Of a stretch of 64,000 nt of DNA, positions 41,934 through 52,334 are shown one piece after another. The DNA comes from Rhodospirillales bacterium (GTDB taxonomy: Bacteria; Pseudomonadota; Alphaproteobacteria; Bin95): positions 2,560,894-2,624,893 of the forward strand of contig JAYQLI010000035.1 of the NCBI GenBank assembly GCA_038143065.1, read 5' to 3'. The notes beneath the pieces were generated by a model. The model had not been told where the DNA came from, did not search any database, and saw only the letters and a program-made list of their open reading frames with translations. The translations under genes and the position numbers were made by a program. The first letter of the stretch is position 1; each line of letters starts with the position of its first letter.

Positions 41934-43210
41934 ACGGTGTTCTCCACGGTCCCAATCAGGCGACCCTCTTTAATGCCTGTGATATGAACCATTGGCATTT
42001 CACCAATTTTTTGGGCTTCTTCTATTTCTATTTCGGCGAAGCTCTCAGCACGTCCTCTATAGGGTGTCTCCATAATAGGTTTGAACTTTTTCCCCACCTG
42101 AGACTGCAGGTACTTTGTCGACTGCGAGCTTCCTAATTCGCGCAAGATTGCTGCTCGGTTTTTGATAACGTCGCGGGGCACTTGTGGCATCCGTGCAGCA
42201 GGAGTGCCGGGCCTTGGCGAATAGGGGAACACATGCAGCCAAGTTAAATTAAGTTCTTGTACATGATTAAGCGTCTCTTCAAAGAGTTGATCAGTTTCAG
42301 TAGGAAACCCTGCGATCAAGTCTGCTCCAAATACTATCTCAGGGCGAACTTTCCTGACACGGTCAACCAGTTTCTTGGCATCCTCGATTAAATGACGGCG
42401 TTTCATCCTTTTTAGGATTAGGTTAGAGCCTGCCTGAAGAGAGAGGTGTAGGTGGCCTGCGAGTCGAGGCTCTTCTGCTATCAAGTTTAACAGATCATCA
42501 TCAATTTCTGCAGGATCAATAGATGAGAGACGAAGGCGCTTTAAGTCAGGAACTTGAGTGAGGACTCGACGTGCCAGCTGACCCAGCGAGGGCTTCCCAG
42601 GCAAGTCTCCACCGAACGAGGTTATGTCCACTCCAGTGAAAGCAATTTCAGCTACTCCTGCCTCCACTAGAGCTTGAACTTGCCTAGATATTACCCCTAT
42701 GGGTGCACTTCTGCTGTTTCCGCGGCCATAAGGAATTATACAAAAAGTGCATCTGTGATCACATCCCTGTTGAATTTCAACAAAAGCGCGAGCCTTACCG
42801 CCAAACCCTGAGATTAGATGTTTTGCAGTCTCTTTTGCCTGCATAATGTCACTTACAACGAGGCTTTCTTTAGCTAAAGCGCTTTGGCTCCATGTGCTTG
42901 CCTCCATCTTTTCCAGGTTTCCGACTACTCGGTCTACTTCAGGCATTGCCGACCAAACTTCAGGGGAAATTTGGGCTGCGCAGCCGGTAACTATTATACG
43001 AGCATCAGGCTTATCACGGCGGGCCCGCCGAATAGCTTGGCGTGCCTGCCGCTCAGACTCAGCTGTCACAGCGCATGTATTGAACACAATTATGTTGCTC
43101 TGCCCTGCTGCTTCCAGGTGTTCGAGGACTACCTGGCTCTCATATGCGTTAAGGCGGCACCCAAATGTTTCTACTTTTGTGTTGATATGCTCTGTCTGAG
43201 AAATACTCAT
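41930..43210 (-). CDS. mtaB: tRNA t6A37 methylthiotransferase MtaB
   Basis: TFGCRLN, NTCAVT and CDHRCTFC radical-SAM motif; dapF-mtaB-ftsY order. Confidence 0.92.
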   Translation of the reverse strand: MSISQTEHINTKVETFGCRLNAYESQVVLEHLEAAGQSNIIVFNTCAVTAESERQARQAIRRARRDKPDARIIVTGCAAQISPEVWSAMPEVDRVVGNLEKMEASTWSQSALAKESLVVSDIMQAKETAKHLISGFGGKARAFVEIQQGCDHRCTFCIIPYGRGNSRSAPIGVISRQVQALVEAGVAEIAFTGVDITSFGGDLPGKPSLGQLARRVLTQVPDLKRLRLSSIDPAEIDDDLLNLIAEEPRLAGHLHLSLQAGSNLILKRMKRRHLIEDAKKLVDRVRKVRPEIVFGADLIAGFPTETDQLFEETLNHVQELNLTWLHVFPYSPRPGTPAARMPQVPRDVIKNRAAILRELGSSQSTKYLQSQVGKKFKPIMETPYRGRAESFAEIEIEEAQKIGEMPMVHITGIKEGRLIGTVENTV

Positions 43211-44064
43211 CGCCGCATTAGCTCAGCTGCATCAAATGCACCAACGAAACTGGATGTTGCCGGTCCAGTCATGATGATATGTCCATCTGGTCGCCAAGAA
43301 AGTTCAAGAGGGCCACCCAAAAGCTCTATTGTAACTTCTCGTTCTGTTAAATCTCGTCTCGACAGAGCGACGGCCGCAGCACATGCCCCTGTTCCGCACG
43401 CCTTAGTTTCACCAACGCCCCGTTCCCATACCCGCAAGCGCGCGTGATTTCGATCAATGACCTGCGCAATTCCTATGTTTGCGCGTTCTGGAAAACTCGG
43501 GTGGTGCTCTAATTGTGGCCCAAATTCTGACAGCGCAATGGCTTCTATATCGTCAACAATAAATGTGACGTGCGGATTTCCAACATTTCCAGCAACAGGG
43601 TCAGATAGTGGACCTATCTCTACAGGGACATGGAGGGTATCACAGGCTTCTTTAATTGGGATTTCATTCCATTCAGACCGGACGTATCCCATGTCGACAG
43701 CGACTAGATCATCTGGTGCCGCGTGCGCGTCAAGGAGACCCGCAACGGTTTGGACAATTGCTCGAGGTTTACCGCTCTCTGCCATTATTCGTCGAGCAAC
43801 GCAGCGCGTTCCATTACCACACGCCTCTACCTCGCCGCCATCGGCATTATAAATAGACATAAAAACATCGGCGCGGGGATCCGTTGGAGGTCGCATAACC
43901 AGCATCTGGTCGAACCCGACGCCTTGCCTGCGGTCAGCAATTGCTGCAGCTAATGCGTGGTCCGGCTGAAATGTGCGATCGCGCGCATCTATAACAACAA
44001 AATCGTTGCCCAGACCGTGCATTTTCACGAAAGGTATCATTAGGGGTGCGTTTGCGTCAGACAT
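43207..44064 (-). CDS. dapF: diaminopimelate epimerase
   Basis: KMHGLGNDF, CGNGTRC, GNPH and ERGVGETKACGTG. Confidence 0.96.
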   Translation of the reverse strand: MSDANAPLMIPFVKMHGLGNDFVVIDARDRTFQPDHALAAAIADRRQGVGFDQMLVMRPPTDPRADVFMSIYNADGGEVEACGNGTRCVARRIMAESGKPRAIVQTVAGLLDAHAAPDDLVAVDMGYVRSEWNEIPIKEACDTLHVPVEIGPLSDPVAGNVGNPHVTFIVDDIEAIALSEFGPQLEHHPSFPERANIGIAQVIDRNHARLRVWERGVGETKACGTGACAAAVALSRRDLTEREVTIELLGGPLELSWRPDGHIIMTGPATSSFVGAFDAAELMRR

Positions 44065-44216
44065 GATGCCGGATATAGGGCTTTAAGTGCCAGTTTGTAA
44101 ATCGCTGGGTGCTGTGCGACTGATTTGAGATCAGATTTTCTTGCAAAGGCCTGGTGAGTAAAACGTGCTTTCAGTCGGTTAGCATTCAGGTTTCAGGTAT
44201 GAGCCTCAAATTGATT

Positions 44217-45238
44217 TCAAATAATACGGAGCAAGTGCTCCGCAGCAGAACGGACTGATGTCTCATTGACGTCTAAATGAGTTACTGCGCGGAGTGTTGA
44301 AGGACCAATCGCACCTATAAGTATACCTGCTTCCTCCTCCAGTTTTTTAGAAAGAGCTTGTGCATCCATGCCGTCAGCAAGATCAAAAATAACGATGTTT
44401 GTATCCACCGAAGTAGGGTCTACAACAAATTTGGGGCTATCAGCGATTATGCTAGCAAACATTGCGGCGTTTTCATTGTCTTTCGCGAGCAGTGGGATGT
44501 TATGGTCAAGGCCGTAAAGGGCTGCTGCCGCGATAATGCCAGCTTGGCGCATCGCCCCGCCTAGACGTTGCTTCCATCGCCATGTTTCTTCGATAAATGC
44601 CTTTGAACCTGCTAGCGCAGCTCCGACTGGAGCGCCTAATCCTTTCGAGAAATCAATCCAAGCACTGTCACAAGAAGCGGTATACTCCGATGCCGGTATT
44701 CGTGATGCTACAACAGCATTCAAAAGGCGAGCACCATCTAAATGCACGATCAGACCTCAGCTTTTGCCAATTTAGTGACGGCATTAAGCGTATCCATTGG
44801 CCATATCCGACCACCACCCATGTTTGCGGTGTTTTCAATTTCTACTACACGTGTGCGTGGGCCATATCGGTGCTCTGGTCTGATAGATGCCTTTAGTTGG
44901 TTTGCTGAGTATACTCCTCGATCGCCATCTATAGGTGTCATAACAGCACCAGCTAACGCTGCTGGACCCCCGGCTTCATAGTTCAGTATATGAGATGTCT
45001 TGTCACAGAGGATTTCATCACCCGGCCGACAGTGGACCAATAACGCAATCTCGTTACACATTGTGCCTGAAGGTAAGAATATCGCAGCCTCTATTCCAAG
45101 TAACTCTGCAACACGATCGCAGAGGACGTTAACTGTTGGGTCCTCGCCTCGTTGTTCGTCTCCGACTTCAGCGGCAGCCATGGCTTTCCGCATAGAATCT
45201 GAGGGCTTGGTTTGTGTGTCACCGAAAAGGTTAATCAT
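44217..45238 (-). CDS. ltaE: low-specificity L-threonine aldolase, split near 44750
   Basis: DTQTKP, PSGTMCN, ENTAN, HLDGARL and FSKGLGAP. Confidence 0.88.
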
Positions 45239-45273
45239 TGTATGTGACCTGTATTTCGGGATTTCTGTTTAGT

Positions 45274-46083
45274 TTATTTAATGACTTCAGGTATTATCTT
45301 TTGGACATGCTTTAGATGCATAATCAAAGACCCGTAAGTTGAATCAGCCTTGATTTGAATGGGCATAACCGCAGCATTATCGTCAACCTGTCTGAAATAG
45401 AAACTTCCACTTTTTTCACCTGATTCCTTTTTAGGTTTAAAGCCAGACAATTGTTTGGAGACAAAATCGCACCGATGAGCTTTTCCACCAAATGGAGCGC
45501 GGCGAGTTACACTAACTTCGGCTGGCCCTTTGTCCTCAATCTCGATCAGGAAAAGTCTTCGGCCATCAAAAATTTTGAGTATAGATGTACAAGAACCAGT
45601 TTTCTCAATCATCTATCCAACTTTGATGATAGCGGTGAGTGGATCAATAGCATTACTTAAATCTGTTGCTGAAATTGCCTTACGGCCCTCATCTTTGATT
45701 GGATCGGGGATGGCGGTCTGGACTTCTGTTCTTCCTGCTTCAAAAGCAATTTCAATTAAGCGCCTTTTTTCTTCCCATACACTCTGATTTTGGTACGAGA
45801 CAGGTGAAAATACCCTCTCATTTTCAGCACCCATTTTCCCAAATACAGCGGATGTGTTAGTCCAATTTACGAACCATCCAACTATGCCGCCTGTTTCCAT
45901 GTTGAGTTTGACCGAATAGTCACCGGTTTTTAGAACAACATCGATGGTTGCGTTTCCAATTTTAATGCCACCCATATATCCAACATAGGAGAACTCACCG
46001 CCTACTGTCTTGAACTGCGAGGCAATTGAATGGGAAGGAGCTGCCAAAAGAATAGCAATAAGAAACAAGTTCCAGCGCAACAT
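45274..46083 (-). CDS. DUF3108-like exported protein, in-frame TAG at 45613-45615
   Basis: Signal peptide; IDPLTAI...C...IFDGRR reads continuously across two abutting in-frame ORFs. Confidence 0.65.
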
Positions 46084-46187
46084 GAGTTAAGCCTCCAGGG
46101 AAGAGTGATTTCAGTTTGACATTTTTTTTATTTGGGCAGCACGCCTTAAATTTGTCAGTATCAAGAAGTTAGTTGTTCTAATCAGGA

Positions 46188-46214
46188 TTGACAGTGCGCA
46201 TTCCAATGACATAT
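46188..46214 (+). promoter_or_regulatory. sigma70-type promoter
   Basis: TTGACA (46188-46193) and CATAT (46210-46214), just upstream of the tRNA-like element and meaB. Confidence 0.5.
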
Positions 46215-46241
46215 CCGCAGGAAGAACCCCCGAAACCTTTG

Positions 46242-46316
46242 TGGCTCGTAACTCAGCGGGCAGACTATGACTTCGCACGGCCGGGTGCTCTGGTTCACTA
46301 CCAGTCGTACCCACCA
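46242..46316 (+). pseudogene. degenerate tRNA (tRNA-Val-like architecture)
   Basis: 75 nt: TA-ACTCAGCGGG D region, TTCGCAC loop, CTGG-TTCACTA-CCAG T arm and 3' ACCA. Acceptor and anticodon stems are mismatched. Confidence 0.6.
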
Positions 46317-46344
46317 TCGACACCTTTCAAATTAGTTTAAGGCG

Positions 46345-47376
46345 ATGACCTCCGAACCAAACACATCCTCTCAACGTTATCATAAGACCGTCAAAGAGCT
46401 GGCGGATGGTGTGCTGGCAGGCGATAGGGCTGCAATTGGTAGAGCTATTACTTTGGTAGAAAGTAATAATAGTTCTCGCAGGAAGGCAGCACAGGAGATG
46501 CTGCAATGCCTATTACCCTATTCGGGCCAGTCCTATCGAGTGGGTATTACGGGTGTGCCAGGTGTGGGCAAAAGCACCTTTATTGAGGCGTTAGGACAAC
46601 GATTGATAGGTGATGGAAGCAAAGTAGCTGTTTTGGCTGTGGACCCAACCTCATCAAGAACACAAGGTAGTATTCTTGGGGACAAAACTAGGATGGCTAA
46701 TCTCGCTGCTGATTCTAGAGCCTTTATCCGACCCTCACCCTCATCAGGCACTCTCGGAGGTGTGGCCCGGGCAACACGTGAGACAATGGTGGTGATGGAA
46801 GCTGCGGGCTACGATGTTTTGTTAGTAGAGACCGTAGGCGTCGGTCAATCAGAGGTTACTGTTGCGGAAATGACAGACTTCTTCTTGGCATTGATGCTGC
46901 CCGGCGCCGGCGATGAACTCCAGGGGATTAAGAAAGGATTATTAGAAATAGCGGACATGATAGCCGTCAATAAAGCCGACGGTGACAACGCGGCTAGGGC
47001 AGAGGCGGCGAGGAGAGAGTATTCAGCCGCACTTCATATCATGGTCCCAGCATCGCAGTATTGGTCACCTCCTGTTGTAAAATGCAGTGGTTTATCGGGA
47101 GAGGGGCTCGACCAAATTTGGGGAGAGATTGATCGGCATCGGGAGGTTATGCAGGCAAACGGAGAATTCGTCCGGCGTCGCCAAGACCAGCAGGGAGGTT
47201 GGATGCGAGCAATGCTAGAGGATCGTCTTCTTCGGGGCTATCTGGACAAAGATGAAGTGCAAGTGATGCTTCAGGAGGTTAATGCAGCCGTGTGTGCTGC
47301 TGATATAACAGCACCTCAGGGTGTGGAGCGCGTGCTCAAAGCGATAGGTTTATCGTCAGATTTTGGAGAAACTTAA
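46345..47376 (+). CDS. meaB: methylmalonyl-CoA mutase-associated GTPase MeaB
   Basis: GVPGVGKST, AVDPTS, GSILGDKTRM, ETVGVGQSE and NKAD. Confidence 0.95.
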   Translation: MTSEPNTSSQRYHKTVKELADGVLAGDRAAIGRAITLVESNNSSRRKAAQEMLQCLLPYSGQSYRVGITGVPGVGKSTFIEALGQRLIGDGSKVAVLAVDPTSSRTQGSILGDKTRMANLAADSRAFIRPSPSSGTLGGVARATRETMVVMEAAGYDVLLVETVGVGQSEVTVAEMTDFFLALMLPGAGDELQGIKKGLLEIADMIAVNKADGDNAARAEAARREYSAALHIMVPASQYWSPPVVKCSGLSGEGLDQIWGEIDRHREVMQANGEFVRRRQDQQGGWMRAMLEDRLLRGYLDKDEVQVMLQEVNAAVCAADITAPQGVERVLKAIGLSSDFGET

Positions 47377-47430
47377 CAGTCGCCTCTTTGCTAAATGAGC
47401 GTTACCATGTCCTCTCAACAGGAGGTACTG

Positions 47431-47676
47431 ATGGAAACAAAGTCCATTGCTATCGCAGATGTTTATATCCCCGCGAAGCGTAAGCGTACGTTAGATCAAG
47501 CTAATGTTGATCAACTGGCGGAGAGCATTTTAGAAGATGGGCTTAAGGTACCTATTCAGGTTCGGCAGGATGGAGAAAAAACAATCCTTGTAGAAGGCTT
47601 GCATAGGCTTGAGGCCATGCGAGCCTTAGGAGATGAGGTTATCTCCTGTATCTATGTGGGCGCAAAAAGATATTAA
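47431..47676 (+). CDS. stand-alone ParB/sulfiredoxin N-terminal domain protein
   Basis: GGAGG RBS; LAESI..GL..PI.V...LVEGLHRLEA. Confidence 0.8.
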   Translation: METKSIAIADVYIPAKRKRTLDQANVDQLAESILEDGLKVPIQVRQDGEKTILVEGLHRLEAMRALGDEVISCIYVGAKRY

Positions 47677-47683
47677 CTCAAGA

Positions 47684-48172
47684 TCATGCTCGCTTTCCGG
47701 CTGCGTGCGCTTTTGCGATGACTTCTCCCTCGTCCCAAGGAAAAATTATCCATGTGTCTTGGCTAACTAAAGTAACATAGGTGTCTGCAAGCGGAACGCC
47801 AGCGGGTTTAGCGTAAACTGTCGCTATGTGAGCCTTTGGAAGCATAGCTTTTACAGCTTTAGCCGTTTCGCCACTATCAACCAGGTCGTCAATTACAAGC
47901 ATGCCTGTGCCATCTCCATCTAACCCCTTTAAAATGTCTAATGCCCCTCGTTCTTCCGCCTTTTCTCCTTGAATTTCCCTGTAGGAGACGATGCAAATCG
48001 TATCAACAAGGCGAATGTCCAGCTCCCTGGCTATTATTGCTGCGGGGGCCAGTCCTCCCCTAGCTATAGCGACAATGCGATCAAAAGGACCTATTTCCAT
48101 AAGGCGCCAAGCAAGAGCGCGAGAATCACGATGCAGCTCATCCCATGAAATAGGAAAATATCGCTGAGACAT
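47684..48172 (-). CDS. gpt: xanthine-guanine phosphoribosyltransferase
   Basis: [24 protein letters not shown] and QDTWIIFPW. Confidence 0.92.
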   Translation of the reverse strand: MSQRYFPISWDELHRDSRALAWRLMEIGPFDRIVAIARGGLAPAAIIARELDIRLVDTICIVSYREIQGEKAEERGALDILKGLDGDGTGMLVIDDLVDSGETAKAVKAMLPKAHIATVYAKPAGVPLADTYVTLVSQDTWIIFPWDEGEVIAKAHAAGKRA

Positions 48173-48257
48173 TTTTATGCTCCGATCATGGATATGGTTG
48201 AATGTCAGGTAATAAGCTTTGGAGAGTTATACTTTTATTTCATGGTGGCTCGCTTTT

Positions 48258-49844
48258 TTACTTACCCCAACCACCAGCACCAGGTGAGTCCATCAATACA
48301 GAACCACCTTGCTCAATAATTTTATCCCCTGTTTTGCCTGGAAGAGGTGTTTCCTCACCTTTTTCATCGACCATTGCAAAACGACCTTTTCCGCCACTTT
48401 CTCCGCCAGCAAGTCCCCAGGGCGGATTTCGGAATCGTTCGCCTACGCCATTAAAAATACACTGATGACCAATAGGTTTTACAACTCTCCTGATTCCACG
48501 GCCCCCAGGATTCTTGCCTTTACCCCCTGAATTAGGCGCAAGCCCGTATTCTAGAACCATGAGCGGATATTCATTTTCAATAGCTTCAACTGGCAGATTG
48601 GATGTATTGGTTATGCCGGTTTGCACCCCATCTTTACCAGGTTTTGTTGGTCGGCCACCGGCGCCTCCGCCAATTGTTTCGAGGTATACATACGGGTCTC
48701 CTGACCTAGGGTCGATTCCAGAGAACACCGCCATTGTATTAGCTCCGTTTGGTGCCGCAGGTACAAGGGTGGGTAGCGCAGGAGCAAGCGCGCCCATCAC
48801 AACGTCGATTACCCGCTGGCAGGTATGAGCTCGACCAGCCACGGACGCAGGAAAAACCGCACTGGCAACTGTACCTTTTGGAATTTGTATATCAACGCAA
48901 TCAATGACGGCTTGGGTATTCGGCGCCTCAGGGTCGAGCAAAGATTTAATAGCAAAAATGACTGCAGACTGTGTTGCATTCAATGTCATGTTGATATTGC
49001 CGGCTGTTTGAGGTGCTGTGCCGGTAAAATCAAAACTGAGTTTTCCAGCTTTGGCCTCAATCCGGACCTTAAGAAGTACATCGATTGTTTCTACGCCATC
49101 ATCATCCATAAAGTCTTCGAATTCATAGACGCCATCTGGGACTTCTTTTAACGCAAGTGCCATCCGGTCAGCTGACCGTTTAAGTAGTTGTTTAAAACCC
49201 TCTTTCAATATTTCTGCACCATGGCGACTTCCTAGCTCATGAAGCCGGCGAACACCTAATTTGGCGGCAGCTATTTGGGCATAGTAATCCCCGCGCCGCT
49301 CTTGAGGGGCGCGAGCATTAAGTAGAAAGATATCTAGAATCTCTTGCTTAACTTCATCTTGTTGAGCAATTCGGGTGACGGGAATTCGAAGCCCTTCCTG
49401 ATAGATTTCTGTCATGCCTCCCGACATAGAACCCGCAGCCATTCCGCCAATATCTGCATGGTGCGCTATGTTACATACAAAACCAATAAGCTCGTCATCT
49501 ATAAAAACGGGAGCGGCGAAGTTAACGTCAGGTAGATGGGTGCCGCCAGCAGTGTGAGGATCATTTGCAACGAAAATATCACCAGCGTGAATATCGCCAC
49601 CATATTTTTCAAGAACGCAACGCATCAAACCACTCATGTACGCAACATGAATTGGTAAGCTCATATCCGCCTGAGCAATCAAATCACCATTTGCACTCAT
49701 TATTGCGGTGGAATGGTCATGTCGTTCTTTAATATTGGTTGAATAACTGGCCTTCATGAGGGCTACGAAACACTCATCGTTTATGGACTTCAGAGCATTG
49801 GAGAGAATTTCTAAGCCAATTGAGTCAGAGTGGGCATCGCTCAG
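48258..49844 (-). CDS. hydantoinase B/oxoprolinase family protein
   Basis: STNIKERHDHS, GGTHLPD, HHADIGG, QEGLRIP and PGAGGWG. The frame stays open upstream (LEILSNALKSI) to a CTG overlapping the upstream stop. Confidence 0.9.
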   Translation of the reverse strand: MSDAHSDSIGLEILSNALKSINDECFVALMKASYSTNIKERHDHSTAIMSANGDLIAQADMSLPIHVAYMSGLMRCVLEKYGGDIHAGDIFVANDPHTAGGTHLPDVNFAAPVFIDDELIGFVCNIAHHADIGGMAAGSMSGGMTEIYQEGLRIPVTRIAQQDEVKQEILDIFLLNARAPQERRGDYYAQIAAAKLGVRRLHELGSRHGAEILKEGFKQLLKRSADRMALALKEVPDGVYEFEDFMDDDGVETIDVLLKVRIEAKAGKLSFDFTGTAPQTAGNINMTLNATQSAVIFAIKSLLDPEAPNTQAVIDCVDIQIPKGTVASAVFPASVAGRAHTCQRVIDVVMGALAPALPTLVPAAPNGANTMAVFSGIDPRSGDPYVYLETIGGGAGGRPTKPGKDGVQTGITNTSNLPVEAIENEYPLMVLEYGLAPNSGGKGKNPGGRGIRRVVKPIGHQCIFNGVGERFRNPPWGLAGGESGGKGRFAMVDEKGEETPLPGKTGDKIIEQGGSVLMDSPGAGGWGK

Positions 49845-51901
49845 GCTCCTTGCAGTCGAATTAGAATGGAACCGTCTGCCAAAACTTCCACCCGATCGCC
49901 TGGGAATATGGGCGTAGTTGCATCCAATTGGTCAACTATTGCTGGCCCCTCAAACCGAAGCCCTGGATAAAGCTTTTCTCTGCGATATACCGGTGTTTCA
50001 ATCCCAGCATTGTTATCAAACCAAACGGTTCGAGTACTCTCAGCCTCAGGTAGGCCTGAGTTTTCTTTTCGTTCATTTTTTTTTTGCTCGTAAAGTCTTC
50101 CCCGAGCTGTCATTCTAAAGTTTATAATTTCGATCGGTGCACTTGCATCGTGAAAGCCATAGGCGCGGTCATGGGCATCAAAAAACAGATTTGCTAGCGT
50201 CTCTGCATCAGGCAAATCTTGTGCAGTCAGATTAGCCCCCGAGGCGGCAGGTACGATTAGCTCGAAGTTTTGTCCGACATAGCGGAGGTCAAGGGATAAC
50301 TCCATTGACCTTCCTTCATTTGGAAGGCGTTCGGACTCAAACCATGAATGGGCAAGTTCAGCCAAATTACCAATCATTTTAGCTGCTTCCGCCATTGCAG
50401 TTTGTGACAGTGGAAGCCGCACGCTTGCTACAAAATCTTCTTTTTGATCTGAGACGAGTAAGCCTTGGGCGCATACAATGCCGGGTGCAGGGGGCACAAG
50501 TACCTCAGACATTCCTAATTCTGCAGCAACATCTCGAGCGTGTAAGGGGCCTGCTCCCCCGAAGGCCATTAAAGTGAAATTACGGGGGTCGTGACCTCTC
50601 TCAACCGACATTCGACGCACGGAACGACTCATATTTGATACAGCAATTGCCAAAATCCCAAGAGAGACTTCCTCTACAGATGCGCCGATGCGGTCCGCAA
50701 TTGGCTCTAAAGCTGACACTGCAGATTCTGTATTTAACGGAAGTGCCCCATCCAGTAAGCCTGTTGCGGATAGGCGCCCCAGAACGAGGTTTGCATCTGT
50801 TACCGTAGGCTCTGTGCCACCTTGACCGTAACAGGCAGGGCCAGGTGCAGCACCTGCACTAATTGGGCCTACTTTCAACAATCCATCTCGTTCAAACCAC
50901 GCGATTGAACCCCCTCCGGCTCCGACCGTATCAATGTCCACCATGGCCAGCCTGATAGGAAACCCTGCCACGTCTCGTTGGAATGTAATTTCTGTATCAC
51001 CATTAGCGATCAGAGCGACATCAGCTGACGTTCCACCCATGTCTAAGGTAATAACAAATGGGCGGTCCGCGTTACGTGCAACATAGGCGGCTCCTACCGC
51101 CCCTGCCGCAGGACCAGATAAAGCTGTTCGCACGGGGAATGCGGCAGTTTTTTTCGCAGACATTAGTCCGCCTGAAGATTGATTGATGCCGAGTGTTGCT
51201 GAGCCAACACGATGATTTAGGCCTGATGCTAAGTGCTCTACATAACTTGCTAAGAGAGGCTGCAAATAGGCATTAATGGCAGTTGTTTGGAACCGCTCGT
51301 ATTCGCGGAATTCTGGTTGCACGTCAGAAGCAATCGAGACACGCATTTCAGGTTTTAGAGAAAGTATTGCGTCTTTTAATTTTCGCTCATGCTCGGGATT
51401 TAGGTAGGCAAAAAGAAAGCAAATTGCTACAGCTTCGGCTCCGCTTTCGACCACCTGTTTTGCGACCTTTGACGCTTCTGCATCGGTCAAAGGGGTAACT
51501 ACTTCACCTTGCCAGTTAAGCCTTTCAGCAACCTCAAAACGCATTGCTTCGTTTGCAAGAGGAGCTGGTTTGTCGAGATTGAGATCGTACATGTGAGGTC
51601 GAACTTGACGGCCAATCTCAAGAAGGTCTCGGAAGCCTTTGGTTGCAATAGCAGCTATTAATGCGCCCTTCCGCTGTATTAGAGCATTGGTCGCTACCGT
51701 TGTTCCGTGGGCAATCCTTGCTATTTCTGTTAGCGGCAGCTTATGTGCCTGTTCTACTTCTTCTAAGCCCTTAAGAATTGCTTCACCTGGGTCATGTGGT
51801 GTCGATGGCCGTTTGAAGACGAATTCCTCTCCCGTAACATGGTTGCGGTCGTGAAAATCCGTAAAAGTTCCGCCTACGTCTACGCCAATTGTCCATGTCA
51901 T
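49841..51901 (-). CDS. hydantoinase A/oxoprolinase family protein
   Basis: GVDVGGTFTD, HGTTVATN, SGPAAG, DMGGTS and AFGGAGPLH. Confidence 0.93.
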   Translation of the reverse strand: MTWTIGVDVGGTFTDFHDRNHVTGEEFVFKRPSTPHDPGEAILKGLEEVEQAHKLPLTEIARIAHGTTVATNALIQRKGALIAAIATKGFRDLLEIGRQVRPHMYDLNLDKPAPLANEAMRFEVAERLNWQGEVVTPLTDAEASKVAKQVVESGAEAVAICFLFAYLNPEHERKLKDAILSLKPEMRVSIASDVQPEFREYERFQTTAINAYLQPLLASYVEHLASGLNHRVGSATLGINQSSGGLMSAKKTAAFPVRTALSGPAAGAVGAAYVARNADRPFVITLDMGGTSADVALIANGDTEITFQRDVAGFPIRLAMVDIDTVGAGGGSIAWFERDGLLKVGPISAGAAPGPACYGQGGTEPTVTDANLVLGRLSATGLLDGALPLNTESAVSALEPIADRIGASVEEVSLGILAIAVSNMSRSVRRMSVERGHDPRNFTLMAFGGAGPLHARDVAAELGMSEVLVPPAPGIVCAQGLLVSDQKEDFVASVRLPLSQTAMAEAAKMIGNLAELAHSWFESERLPNEGRSMELSLDLRYVGQNFELIVPAASGANLTAQDLPDAETLANLFFDAHDRAYGFHDASAPIEIINFRMTARGRLYEQKKNERKENSGLPEAESTRTVWFDNNAGIETPVYRREKLYPGLRFEGPAIVDQLDATTPIFPGDRVEVLADGSILIRLQGA

Positions 51902-52334
51902 GAGCTGGTCGGCCTTGGTTTCCGAAACAATGCAAACATAGTTATTAAAAACATTATGACTGCAGCGATAATTGCATAGGTGCGCTGATCTTCTAAGTCA
52001 CTGATCTGGGCTTGAATTGATGTCTTAGCCTGAGCCTCAGCATCGAGCGCCTTTTTGCCTCGTCCTGAGCAACTGCAAGCGCCTTTCTTGTAAGCTCTAG
52101 TTCTTGTTCCAGAGCAGTAATCTGTTTCGCAAGCCTTACATCTTGAATTTTGGAACTATTTACCTCGGACAGATGCGCTGTCGAGGGGGCTAATATCAGA
52201 ATTATTGCCATCAAATTTCTTATGGCTTTCAATTTTTGAATCCCATCTAAGTTATCGTTATTCAATGCTTTTGCGTTACTCTGGCTGCAACAATGCCATA
52301 ATAACTGGTCGAATGGAAAATTTACGTTCTTCAT
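51898..52334 (-). CDS. hypothetical coiled-coil protein with C-terminal membrane anchor, frameshift near 52050
   Basis: Coiled coil QITALEQELELTRKAL; the shifted frame continues ...QISDLEDQRTYAIIAAVIMFLITMFALFRKPRPTSS*. Start uncertain. Confidence 0.45.

Noticed and set aside
45613-45615. Programmed readthrough (pyrrolysine) at the in-frame TAG of the DUF3108-like gene
   Set aside because: No pyl genes in the window; a base error or nonsense mutation is simpler given the error rate.
46242-46316. Functional tRNA, tmRNA acceptor piece or Y RNA
   Set aside because: Stems are too mismatched for a working tRNA, there is no tmRNA-type acceptor or tag region, and no Ro60/rsr gene is nearby.
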